This document shows, one piece after another, positions 17,317 through 24,115 of a DNA stretch of 32,000 bases. This stretch comes from Thermoproteus tenax Kra 1 (lineage in GTDB: Archaea > Thermoproteota > Thermoprotei > Thermoproteales > Thermoproteaceae). The notes below the pieces were generated by a model. That model searched no databases. It was not told the origin of the DNA and worked only from the letters and a program-made list of their open reading frames with translations. Made by a program: the position numbers and the translations under genes. Location of the stretch: positions 1,230,001 through 1,262,000 of the forward strand of contig NC_016070.1 in assembly GCF_000253055.1 (NCBI RefSeq), in the 5' to 3' direction. The stretch's first letter is position 1; each line of letters begins with the position of its first letter.

Positions 17317-17790
17317 ATGGTTCGCCGTTTTAAGCCTGCGGTTAAGTACAGAAGAGGCAGCAGGACCCATGGATGGGGCAGAGTGGGCCAGCACAGGAAG
17401 AGCGGCTCTTCGGGCGGCAAGGGCATGGTCGGCTTCCACAAGCACAAATGGTCGTTCGTTATGGTACATGCCGAGGAGACCTCCGGTTGGCCCTTCTACG
17501 GCAAACACGGCTTCAAGCAGCCCAAGGAGATCTCGATACAGTGGAGGCCGATCAACGTGGGCAAACTGGACGACCTCGTGGAGGAGCTCGAGAGAGAGGG
17601 GGTTGCAGTTAAGGAGGGGGAGAAATACGTGGTTGACTTGCTCAAGCTGGGGTATAATAAACTTCTCGGAGGCGGGTCTGTTAAAAGAGCCCTCATAGTC
17701 TACACGGCTACGGCCAGCGAGGCTGCAGTCAAGAAGATATCGGCGGCTGGCGGAGAAGTGCGAATAGTCCAAGGAGTTATCCACAGATAA
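17317..17790 (+). CDS. rpl15p: 50S ribosomal protein L15 (uL15)
   Basis: [27 protein letters not shown] is the uL15 glycine-rich N-terminal signature. TATA-like CTTATATAG at about 17289-17297 lies 24-26 nt upstream. Confidence 0.9.
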   Translation: MVRRFKPAVKYRRGSRTHGWGRVGQHRKSGSSGGKGMVGFHKHKWSFVMVHAEETSGWPFYGKHGFKQPKEISIQWRPINVGKLDDLVEELEREGVAVKEGEKYVVDLLKLGYNKLLGGGSVKRALIVYTATASEAAVKKISAAGGEVRIVQGVIHR

Positions 17791-19211
17791 TGGAGTCTCT
17801 AGACCCAATACTGGAGCGCCTTATTACTATCAAGAGGCCCAGCAGACCTCTCCCCCTCTCGACGCGTTTGATGTGGACTGCTCTGGCAGCCCTCGTCTAC
17901 ATCGTTATGACCATCACGCCCCTATGGGGGATCCCGCGGGTCCAGCCCTCGGGCCCCCTCTATAATATTTTCTACAACCCTCTGGTCTCAACTATATTCG
18001 GCACAACCTACGGCACGTGGGCGCAGCTGGGGATAGGACCCATAGTTGTGGCTGGCATAGTGTTGGAGATCCTGCAGTTCTCGGGCCTCCTGCCCTTCGA
18101 CCTTGAGGACAAAAAAGATAGGCTGAGGTTCTCCGCCTTCCAGAAGCTCCTCGCCCTTATAATGGCCGCTGGGGAGACCGCCGCAAGCATAGCCATGGGC
18201 GCCTTCGGGCACCTGACGCCTCTGCAAGCTCTCGCCGTCTTTATCCAGCTGATCGCGGCCACTCAGATAGTGATCCTCCTAGACGACATGATAGCGAAAG
18301 GGTGGGGCTTCGGCGGAAGCGCCATAAACCTCGTGATACTCCTCTCGGTCACTAGGACCTTCTTCGTAGACCTCTTCTCTTGGAACCTTCCGTCAGTGCC
18401 GGGCGTAAATGCGGCAGACTATCCCGCAATGCAACTACCGTTGGGCTTCCTGCCCGCGCTCGCCGTGGCTATATACAACACGATACACGGCGCGGCTCCC
18501 AGCATAGCGGACCTCGTCTTCAGACAGTTGCCGCCGCCCTACGGCACCTCGTTGCCCGATATAGTCAGCTTTGCGGCCACGCTGGCCTTAGCATATGTGA
18601 TCGTTTATATTGAGCAGATGCATGTGAACATACCGGCGGCCTACACGCAGTACTGGGGCATCAGAATAAACATACCTCTGCGCTTTATGTACGTCTCAGT
18701 AATACCCATAATATTCACGGCATACTCGTTGATCTTAGCCGAACAGATAGTGGCCGGGTTTGCTACGTTGACCGGCGGAATCTCGCCGGCGTTGGCCCTA
18801 TTGTTGACGGCAATGATGCCGGCCCGTATCTTGAGCCCGGACTACATCGTGTTGCACATACTGCTGTACGCCGCCTTAGCCACCGTCTTCGCATGGCTGT
18901 GGGGCCAGATCGGCGGCATTGGGCCCGATGAATACGCGAAGAACTTAGTGGAGTCCGGCCTCCACGTGCCGGGCTTTAGACAGAGCGAAAAGATAGTGGC
19001 CCGCGTTCTGAGAAGGCCCATCAATACTCTGATACTCCTCAGCGGCATGATCGCAGGCACTCTGGCCGCGCTCGGCGATATCTTCGGCGTATGGGGGTCG
19101 GGGATTGGGCTGATACTCTTGGTGGAGATAGGGCTGGGCTACTACATGCAGATACTGCAGGAGGGCTTGATGGAGGTGTATCCAGGCCTTAGGAGAGTGA
19201 TAGGTCAGTAG
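17790..19211 (+). CDS. secY: Preprotein translocase subunit SecY
   Basis: 473-aa polytopic membrane protein in the conserved position after L15. The start ATG overlaps the L15 TAA by 1 nt. Typical SecY segments are present (GIGPIVVAGIVLEIL, GGSAINLVI, GIRINIPLRF, HVPGFR). Confidence 0.9.
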   Translation: MESLDPILERLITIKRPSRPLPLSTRLMWTALAALVYIVMTITPLWGIPRVQPSGPLYNIFYNPLVSTIFGTTYGTWAQLGIGPIVVAGIVLEILQFSGLLPFDLEDKKDRLRFSAFQKLLALIMAAGETAASIAMGAFGHLTPLQALAVFIQLIAATQIVILLDDMIAKGWGFGGSAINLVILLSVTRTFFVDLFSWNLPSVPGVNAADYPAMQLPLGFLPALAVAIYNTIHGAAPSIADLVFRQLPPPYGTSLPDIVSFAATLALAYVIVYIEQMHVNIPAAYTQYWGIRINIPLRFMYVSVIPIIFTAYSLILAEQIVAGFATLTGGISPALALLLTAMMPARILSPDYIVLHILLYAALATVFAWLWGQIGGIGPDEYAKNLVESGLHVPGFRQSEKIVARVLRRPINTLILLSGMIAGTLAALGDIFGVWGSGIGLILLVEIGLGYYMQILQEGLMEVYPGLRRVIGQ

Positions 19212-19239
19212 CTGCGTCCCGTGAAGACTTGTGACCTCC

Positions 19240-20052
19240 CTACTTCAAGAGGTGGAGGGGCTTTCCTGCGCTACACCTTTCGGCGTAGTTCAGAAGAGCG
19301 AGGACGATGAACATGGCCTCCTCCGTCCTGATGGTCTCTGTGCCCTGCTTCGGCGCGAAGTTTAGGAACAAGCCTCTGAGCTCCACGCCCTCCCTCTTCA
19401 TTATCTCGTCCACGCCCGCCCTGGGCCCCCCGAAGACCACTAGAGTCTTCCCCTCGGGTCTGGGCAATATCTCGCACACCGACCTCCCCTCTTTGCCCGT
19501 TAGAATCACATAGTCGTAGCCGTCGGCAAGCTCTCTGAGGCCCTTCACCTCGACCTTATATCCCCAGTAGTCCGGGGGGTTTTTCAACACCACGCCTCTG
19601 AAGACGTCTTTATCCCTCTGGGCCTCCAATTTGACGATTAGGCGGCTTCCCACGGGGTACGGCTTGGGCACCTTCGCCCACTTGCCTGCGCCGATGTAGA
19701 CCATGGAGTAGTACCCGTCCCACCTCTCCACTATCCCCTCAACTACGTCGCCCACGGCTGGGCTTCTCGGCGCAAGGTGGCTAGGTATCTTCAGCGGCGG
19801 CAACAGGCCGGCCAGCCTCAGCCTTTTGTCCAGTCTGAAGACCTTCCGTCTCAGATGAGGGGGCGTGGCCGCGTACTCCAAGAGCAGTCTCATCTCCTCC
19901 ACCCCCTCGTGGTCAACGTCGCCGTAGGTATATATTATAATCTTTTCAACTCTGAAAATGGCGGCAGCGCGCGCTATGTAGCCCAACTTCCTCACTTTGC
20001 TCTCCTCGTCGGGCGCCTCGCTTAAAACATCGTGCGGGATTGCGACGTCCAC
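19240..20052 (-). CDS. SPOUT-superfamily putative RNA methyltransferase (COG2106 / Methyltrn_RNA_3-like)
   Basis: VAIPHDVLSEAP...LGYIARAAAIFRVEKIIIY, an inserted OB-like segment, and the C-terminal VVFGGPRAG...NFAPKQGTETIRTEEA fit this family. The start is GTG at 20052. Confidence 0.7.
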   Translation of the reverse strand: MDVAIPHDVLSEAPDEESKVRKLGYIARAAAIFRVEKIIIYTYGDVDHEGVEEMRLLLEYAATPPHLRRKVFRLDKRLRLAGLLPPLKIPSHLAPRSPAVGDVVEGIVERWDGYYSMVYIGAGKWAKVPKPYPVGSRLIVKLEAQRDKDVFRGVVLKNPPDYWGYKVEVKGLRELADGYDYVILTGKEGRSVCEILPRPEGKTLVVFGGPRAGVDEIMKREGVELRGLFLNFAPKQGTETIRTEEAMFIVLALLNYAERCSAGKPLHLLK

Positions 20053-20122
20053 GTCCGAGCCTCAGCCCAAGTTAAAATATTCAATTGGCTAAATGGATAT
20101 ATAGAGGGGCCTCCGCGCGCCC

Positions 20123-20467
20123 ATGGGCCGTGGAGCTTGGCTGGCCTTGCTCCTGGCTTTTTCCGTGGGAGGACTCATATCGTCCTGCCTAGTCCTCTAT
20201 ATGTGGTACATCTTGGGACACATGCCGCCCGGCTGCTATCTGCCTGAGACAATTCTCCCCGGCGTCACCGTCGACTGCGTGAAGGTCTTGTCAAGCCCAT
20301 ATGCCCACGTGGGGCCCGTGCCCTTGGATGGTCTCGCCGCGGTCTGGTTCTCGGCAAATATAGCGTTGGTCCTGCTCTATTTCGCTTCGCTCAGCAGACG
20401 GATCCTCGCGACGTTGTACTACTGGCGTATTCTGGGCCTGGCCATACTGCCCTATTGGTCTACATAG
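20123..20467 (+). CDS. Vitamin K epoxide reductase (VKOR) family protein, truncated before its CxxC motif by a frame break
   Basis: The N-terminal TM segment, a loop Cys pair (PPGC...TVDC) and VLSSPYAHVGPVPLDGLAAVWF match the VKOR loop/serine motif. GATATATAGA at about 20095-20104 lies roughly 24 nt upstream of ATG 20123. The ORF stops at TAG 20465-20467, before the catalytic CxxC. Confidence 0.75.
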   Translation: MGRGAWLALLLAFSVGGLISSCLVLYMWYILGHMPPGCYLPETILPGVTVDCVKVLSSPYAHVGPVPLDGLAAVWFSANIALVLLYFASLSRRILATLYYWRILGLAILPYWST

Positions 20468-20574
20468 AGTTCGTCGTGCTCAAGGCACTTTGCTTATATT
20501 GTACTATAATGCATGTATTTATAATAATAGATTTTATTATAATTTCTATATTTATTAAAAAAGTGAAATTTTGA
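20452..20574 (+). pseudogene. Out-of-frame C-terminal remainder of the VKOR gene (last TM helix with CLYC)
   Basis: The neighbouring frame reads LLVYIEFVVLKALCLYCTIMHVFIIIDFIIISIFIKKVKF, ending at TGA 20572-20574. It supplies the missing VKOR CxxC (CLYC, 20491-20502). A 1-nt deficit near CTATTGG (about 20452-20458) would join the two parts. Confidence 0.65.
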
Positions 20575-20576
20575 GT

Positions 20577-20702
20577 TTATTGTTCTTTCTTTTTCTCCTT
20601 CTTCTTGCCCTTGCTCTGCTCCTCCCCGCTTGACTCAATGCCGAGCTTCTTTGCCTCCTCCTCAGACGTCATAAACAGGCTAGTCCTCTGTCTCCCGCCC
20701 AT
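20577..20702 (-). CDS. Candidate 41-aa small protein with a Lys-rich tail (untracked)
   Basis: My translation is MGGRQRTSLFMTSEEEAKKLGIESSGEEQSKGKKKEKKKEQ. A minus-strand GATATAAG (20725-20732) is centred about 26 nt upstream of ATG 20702. The stop is TAA 20579-20577. I recognise no family. Confidence 0.35.
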   Translation of the reverse strand: MGGRQRTSLFMTSEEEAKKLGIESSGEEQSKGKKKEKKKEQ

Positions 20703-20724
20703 TGTTTACGCCAGCCTGTCCACA

Positions 20725-20732
20725 CTTATATC
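20725..20732 (-). promoter_or_regulatory. TATA-box-like element for the 41-aa ORF
   Basis: The minus-strand sequence GATATAAG is centred about 26 nt upstream of ATG 20702. Confidence 0.4.
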
Positions 20733-20754
20733 TTTTACGATTTTAACCGTTTGG

Positions 20755-20762
20755 GATTTAAG
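20755..20762 (+). promoter_or_regulatory. TATA-box-like element for the small basic protein gene
   Basis: GATTTAAG is centred about 24 nt upstream of ATG 20782. Confidence 0.45.
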
Positions 20763-20781
20763 CGTGCCCTATTATGACGAT

Positions 20782-20949
20782 ATGCCGCAGAAGCTGAAGT
20801 TCTACGACATAAAGGCCAAGCAGGCGTTCGAGACAGACAAATACGAGACCGTCGAGAAGAACACCGCCAGAGGCCCCATGATATTCGCGGTCGCCACTTC
20901 GCCGTACACCGGCATTAAGGTCTGGAGGCTGATCGGCAAGAAGAAATAA
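20782..20949 (+). CDS. Small basic (55 aa, about 6 kDa) beta-rich protein, possibly a CC1-type crenarchaeal nucleic-acid-binding protein
   Basis: MPQKLKFYDIKAKQAFETDKYETVEKNTARGPMIFAVATSPYTGIKVWRLIGKKK has 12 K/R against 5 D/E. GATTTAAG at 20755-20762 lies about 24 nt upstream of ATG 20782. The upstream part of track ORF 20605.. is antisense to the 41-aa ORF and looks non-coding. The CC1 assignment comes from memory of size and character only. Confidence 0.5.
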   Translation: MPQKLKFYDIKAKQAFETDKYETVEKNTARGPMIFAVATSPYTGIKVWRLIGKKK

Positions 20950-20967
20950 ACAGAGGTCGGCTACAAA

Positions 20968-21990
20968 TCATTCCTCCTTTTTTACTATTCCGAGCCTCTT
21001 GAGGTATACCTCGAGCTTGTGCTCGAGCCCGAACCTCGAGAGATCCCTCCTCAAAAGCTCCGGCAACTTCGCCTCGCTCATGGGCTCCTCTACGCCGTTT
21101 CTGTAGATAGTGAGGGGGGCTATGTCTCTATCTACAACGCCGTAAAGGTGCGAGAGAGGGCCCACGTATTTTCCCCCATATATCAATGTGCCGATCGCGG
21201 TCTTCACGAACTCGCCCACGATGGGGCCCAGCTTGCGGTAGCCCCTTCCCGCGTAGCTGGGCCTTATGAGCCCCAAGGTGTTCTTGAGATTGGACACTGT
21301 GGTGCCCGCCCCGAAGTTGACAAACGCTGAGACGTAGCTGTCGCCCAGATAGCCGTGGTGCTCCTTGTGAACAAAGGCGTCCAATATCGAGTTTTTCACC
21401 TCGTCCCTCGCCTTGACTCCAAAGTAGAGGACGGACCCAGGCCTTACGTAGGAGAAGGGCAGCGCCTCCGACTCGGGGCCCACGATGGCGGGGCCGGAGA
21501 TGTAGGTATATTCGTGGGCCTTCCCCAAAAGGACTACGTCGCCTTTGACAACGCCGCGGGCCTCCCCCCTCACGGTCTCAAAGCCGAGCGCCTTGAGTTT
21601 AGATATAGCCAGCTCCATCAGCTTCACGTTGGCCTCTACAAGGTCTGCGTAAGACTCGAGTCTGGTGCACTCCCTCAGAGGCTCTCCGCCGAGGCCCAGA
21701 TCCACTCCGGCGCACCTCAAGTTGGTGCTAGCCAATAGATACGGCGCTACGCCTACGTCCACTTTAACTACGTCGTCAGGCGGTCTCTGGAAGCGGACCT
21801 CCAGTCTGCAGAACTTGTCTAACACGAGGGGAAGGCCGAGGTCGGGCCCGTCCACGTACACAATCACCCTGTCCACTTTATCGCATAGCGCGAGAGCGGC
21901 CAGCTCTACAATTCTGAAGCCGCCCGTTATAGCCATAGGCGGAGGTATCAGAAGCTTAGGGGCCAGGTCTCCCACTATGCCCAGCTCCAC
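20968..21990 (-). CDS. GlmU/GraD-like protein: degenerate nucleotidyltransferase-like N-domain plus left-handed beta-helix C-domain
   Basis: HHGYLGDSYVSAFVNFGAGTTVSNLKN...GPIVGEFVKTAIGTLIYGG matches the GlmU-type LbH region (HLSYIGD..NIGAGT..N). The N-terminal region lacks a clean GxGxR signature. The start is GTG at 21990. Confidence 0.55.
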   Translation of the reverse strand: MELGIVGDLAPKLLIPPPMAITGGFRIVELAALALCDKVDRVIVYVDGPDLGLPLVLDKFCRLEVRFQRPPDDVVKVDVGVAPYLLASTNLRCAGVDLGLGGEPLRECTRLESYADLVEANVKLMELAISKLKALGFETVRGEARGVVKGDVVLLGKAHEYTYISGPAIVGPESEALPFSYVRPGSVLYFGVKARDEVKNSILDAFVHKEHHGYLGDSYVSAFVNFGAGTTVSNLKNTLGLIRPSYAGRGYRKLGPIVGEFVKTAIGTLIYGGKYVGPLSHLYGVVDRDIAPLTIYRNGVEEPMSEAKLPELLRRDLSRFGLEHKLEVYLKRLGIVKKEE

Positions 21991-22012
21991 CCGGAGTGCC
22001 TAATGAAAAACA

Positions 22013-22018
22013 TTTAAA
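22013..22018. promoter_or_regulatory. Single palindromic TATA-like element (TTTAAA) between tRNA-Tyr and the divergent GlmU-like CDS
   Basis: It is the only A/T-rich hexamer with correct spacing in the 51-bp spacer. Its centre is about 26.5 nt from tRNA nucleotide 1 (22042) and about 25.5 nt from GTG 21990 on the other strand. Confidence 0.5.
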
Positions 22019-22041
22019 CTTGAGCGTTCAAAGGAATCCGA

Positions 22042-22156
22042 CGGCCCGTAGCTCAGCGGTGAGAGCGCCCGGCTGTAGACAGCCCGGGGGGCGACATCTG
22101 CTTAAAAGCCCCCCGCCTATAACGGGCGGTCCCGGGTTCGAATCCCGGCGGGCCGA
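22042..22156 (+). tRNA. tRNA-Tyr (anticodon GTA) with a 42-nt intron in or next to the anticodon arm
   Basis: Folded by hand. The acceptor stem is CGGCCCG/CGGGCCG, the D arm GCTC-AGCGGTGA-GAGC, and the anticodon stem CCCGG with loop CTGTAGA. The T arm is CCGGG-TTCGAAT-CCCGG and the discriminator is A. No CCA is encoded. 115 nt genomic against 73 nt mature. TTTAAA at 22013-22018 lies about 27 nt upstream. Confidence 0.85.
22081..22122 (+). other. tRNA-Tyr intron (boundaries model-dependent: 22081-22122 for a 39/40 insertion, 22079-22120 for canonical 37/38)
   Basis: The intron contains an 8-bp G/C hairpin, CGGGGGGC (22085-22092) pairing with GCCCCCCG (22108-22115). Only the 39/40 model restores a G31-C39 pair in the mature anticodon stem. 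Confidence 0.55.
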
Positions 22157-22179
22157 TTGTCTTGTCCGGCCTCTGAATC

Positions 22180-22806
22180 TCAACAACACAGCTCTTGATA
22201 TCTTTTGATAAGTCGCTCTATCTCCTCGTCTAGGTCGTCTGCGTAGATCAATCTGCCCTCAAAGACTGCCCTCTCCTCCACGCTTGGCTCCGACATGTCT
22301 AACACGCTCACTCTCTCCGGCGGCACTCCGAGCTCCGACGCGAGGTCTACCGCCAACCTAGATCTGTCCTCCAAGGATAGAGGTCTCGCCGCCCTCACCG
22401 CAATGGCGTTCAGCCCCAAGGAGTACGCCGCAGTGACTCCGGCGCTCTTGAGGGCATACCTCAGCCCCTCCCTGGTCTCTATGGGAGGATAGCGCCGCCT
22501 GAGGGACTTGAGCAGAGTCTGGGAGAGCTCCAGCGCCTCTTTGCCGATTTTATCTACGTCGATGTCGTCCCTCCTGTGTATGCTCTTGGCCGCCTTAATG
22601 ACCTCGGCCAACCTCTCCGCCTGTTCGGCGCTTAACACGCCAGCGAGCGCCAATACTCCGGGCAGCTCCTCACACCTTCTGGGCTTTGTTAAGCCCAACT
22701 CGACGACCGCTCTCGCGGCCAGCTCCATAGCTGTTCTGGCGGCCACGTATGCCCCCCACTTTCTCCCCTCTGAGAAGGCGCCGGCGATCCTCTTGATATC
22801 CTCCAT
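22180..22806 (-). CDS. HEPN-like N-terminal domain fused to a degenerate minimal-nucleotidyltransferase-like C-terminal domain (hypothetical)
   Basis: The N-terminal half (GAYVAARTAMELAARAVVELG...LSAEQAERLAEVIKAAKSIHRRDDIDVDKI...LLKSL) looks like a helical HEPN-type bundle. The C-terminal half (LKSAGVTAAYSLGLNAIAVRA...RVSVLDMSEPSVEERAVFEGRLIYAD) has the layout of MNT proteins but lacks the GS...DxD catalytic residues. Confidence 0.4.
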   Translation of the reverse strand: MEDIKRIAGAFSEGRKWGAYVAARTAMELAARAVVELGLTKPRRCEELPGVLALAGVLSAEQAERLAEVIKAAKSIHRRDDIDVDKIGKEALELSQTLLKSLRRRYPPIETREGLRYALKSAGVTAAYSLGLNAIAVRAARPLSLEDRSRLAVDLASELGVPPERVSVLDMSEPSVEERAVFEGRLIYADDLDEEIERLIKRYQELCC

Positions 22807-22837
22807 AAAAGATTAAAAATTCATGTCAATTAAGCCT

Positions 22838-24085
22838 ATGCGCTTGCTCCTGGCAGTGTTGCTAATGGCAGCATTGGCGTTGGCGGGGTCTGTGGCCCAG
22901 CTCGGTGGGCTGAGCTTCTATGAGGTCTCGAGTATACAGGACCTTAGCTCCTATCTGGCGGCCCATCCGGGGCCCACTCTGGTCTTCGTCCACGAGGAGG
23001 GCTGTCCTGCGTGCGAATATATGATCTCCAACGTGTTCACCAACGCCGAGGTTGAGGCTGCTCTGGCTAAATTCAATCTTGTGGCCGTAGATACAACATA
23101 CGTTCCAGTCTCGTCGATACCAGTCTACCTCAACGGCTCGGTCTTCCTAGTGGAGAACGGACAGGCGGGATACTCCAAGCCGTATTTTGGCCCATATCAA
23201 GTGCCCATAATAGGAACTCCCACGACCCTAGTGGGCGACTCGGAGGGAGGCGAGCTGTACCTCAGAGGGCTCCTCCTAGGCGGTCTGCCGCCGCAAGGGT
23301 TCCTTGAGTTCTTGAACTACTCTGGGATGCTCAACGAGACTGCCCTAAATCAGCCGCAGGTCAGCGTTAGGCAGAGCCCCGGCCCCCAGCCGCTTCTTGC
23401 CCTCCCCGTGGCGTTCGCCGTGGGCGCCGCGAGCGTCTTCTCGCCGTGCGTCCTGCCGGTGTTGACCGTGGGCGCTGTGGCCACTGCGGCCAGGCGCAAC
23501 CTAGGTAGAGTCCTAGCTGGAATGGCCCTCGCCTTCAGCGCCTTTGGCGCCGGGGTCTCCGCCTTGGGTCAAGCCGTGTCCGGGGTCAAGACCGCGCTTG
23601 AGGGCATCGGCGGCTCTGTGTTGTTGTTGTTGGGCCTCGTGTTGATGGTGCCGGCGCTCGAGAGGCGCTTCGTGATCTCCATGTCCGGTCTCCAGACCCG
23701 CGCGTCCAAGATGGCTAGAGGCGCCGGCGACTTCGCTCTGGGGCTCTCGTTGGGCGCTGTGTGGACTCCTTGTATCGCGCCGTTCATGGGCGTAGCCGCC
23801 GTATCCGCTCTCATCTCCGGCAACTTCCTCGTGGGTTTCGCCATAATGATCGCATACGCATTGGGCCTCTCGTTGGCCGTATATGCGGTCCTCAAAGCTG
23901 TGTCGAAGTGGGGGAAGAGGGCGGCCGCTAGGTCTATTGGTTTAAGCAAGTGGGGGAGGAGGCTCGAGCTTATAGTCGGGGCCGTCTCCATTTTGCTGGG
24001 CATCTTGCTTCTTGGGGAGGCGCTGGGCCTCGGCACTTGGAGCGCCACCTTCGGCCAACTGGAGAGCTTGTTCCCAGGGCTCTAA
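22838..24085 (+). CDS. Thiol:disulfide interchange protein: secreted thioredoxin-like domain (CPAC) fused to a CcdA/DsbD-type membrane domain
   Basis: A signal peptide MRLLLAVLLMAALALAGS is followed by LVFVHEEGCPACEYM (Trx-fold CxxC). TM helices carry the two CcdA motifs FSPCVLPV and WTPCIAPF. The track start is 22823. ATG 22838 fits the TATA-like GATTAAAAATT centred about 26 nt upstream. Confidence 0.8.
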   Translation: MRLLLAVLLMAALALAGSVAQLGGLSFYEVSSIQDLSSYLAAHPGPTLVFVHEEGCPACEYMISNVFTNAEVEAALAKFNLVAVDTTYVPVSSIPVYLNGSVFLVENGQAGYSKPYFGPYQVPIIGTPTTLVGDSEGGELYLRGLLLGGLPPQGFLEFLNYSGMLNETALNQPQVSVRQSPGPQPLLALPVAFAVGAASVFSPCVLPVLTVGAVATAARRNLGRVLAGMALAFSAFGAGVSALGQAVSGVKTALEGIGGSVLLLLGLVLMVPALERRFVISMSGLQTRASKMARGAGDFALGLSLGAVWTPCIAPFMGVAAVSALISGNFLVGFAIMIAYALGLSLAVYAVLKAVSKWGKRAAARSIGLSKWGRRLELIVGAVSILLGILLLGEALGLGTWSATFGQLESLFPGL

Positions 24086-24115
24086 AACTTTAAAAGAGGG
24101 AACTAACAAGCGCTC

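Noticed and set aside
20490-20580. The AT-rich stretch as a possible replication origin or integration att site
   Set aside because: I could find no ORB-like repeated elements and no adjacent cdc6/orc1 or integrase. I also found no direct repeat of the nearby tRNA 3' end anywhere in the window. The stretch is also in frame as the VKOR C-terminal helix.
20605-20781. N-terminal 59 residues of track ORF 20605..20949
   Set aside because: This part is antisense to the 41-aa ORF and spans both TATA-like boxes. Its translation is Ser/Leu/Pro-rich and not protein-like. The basic domain starts at ATG 20782, which has correct promoter spacing.
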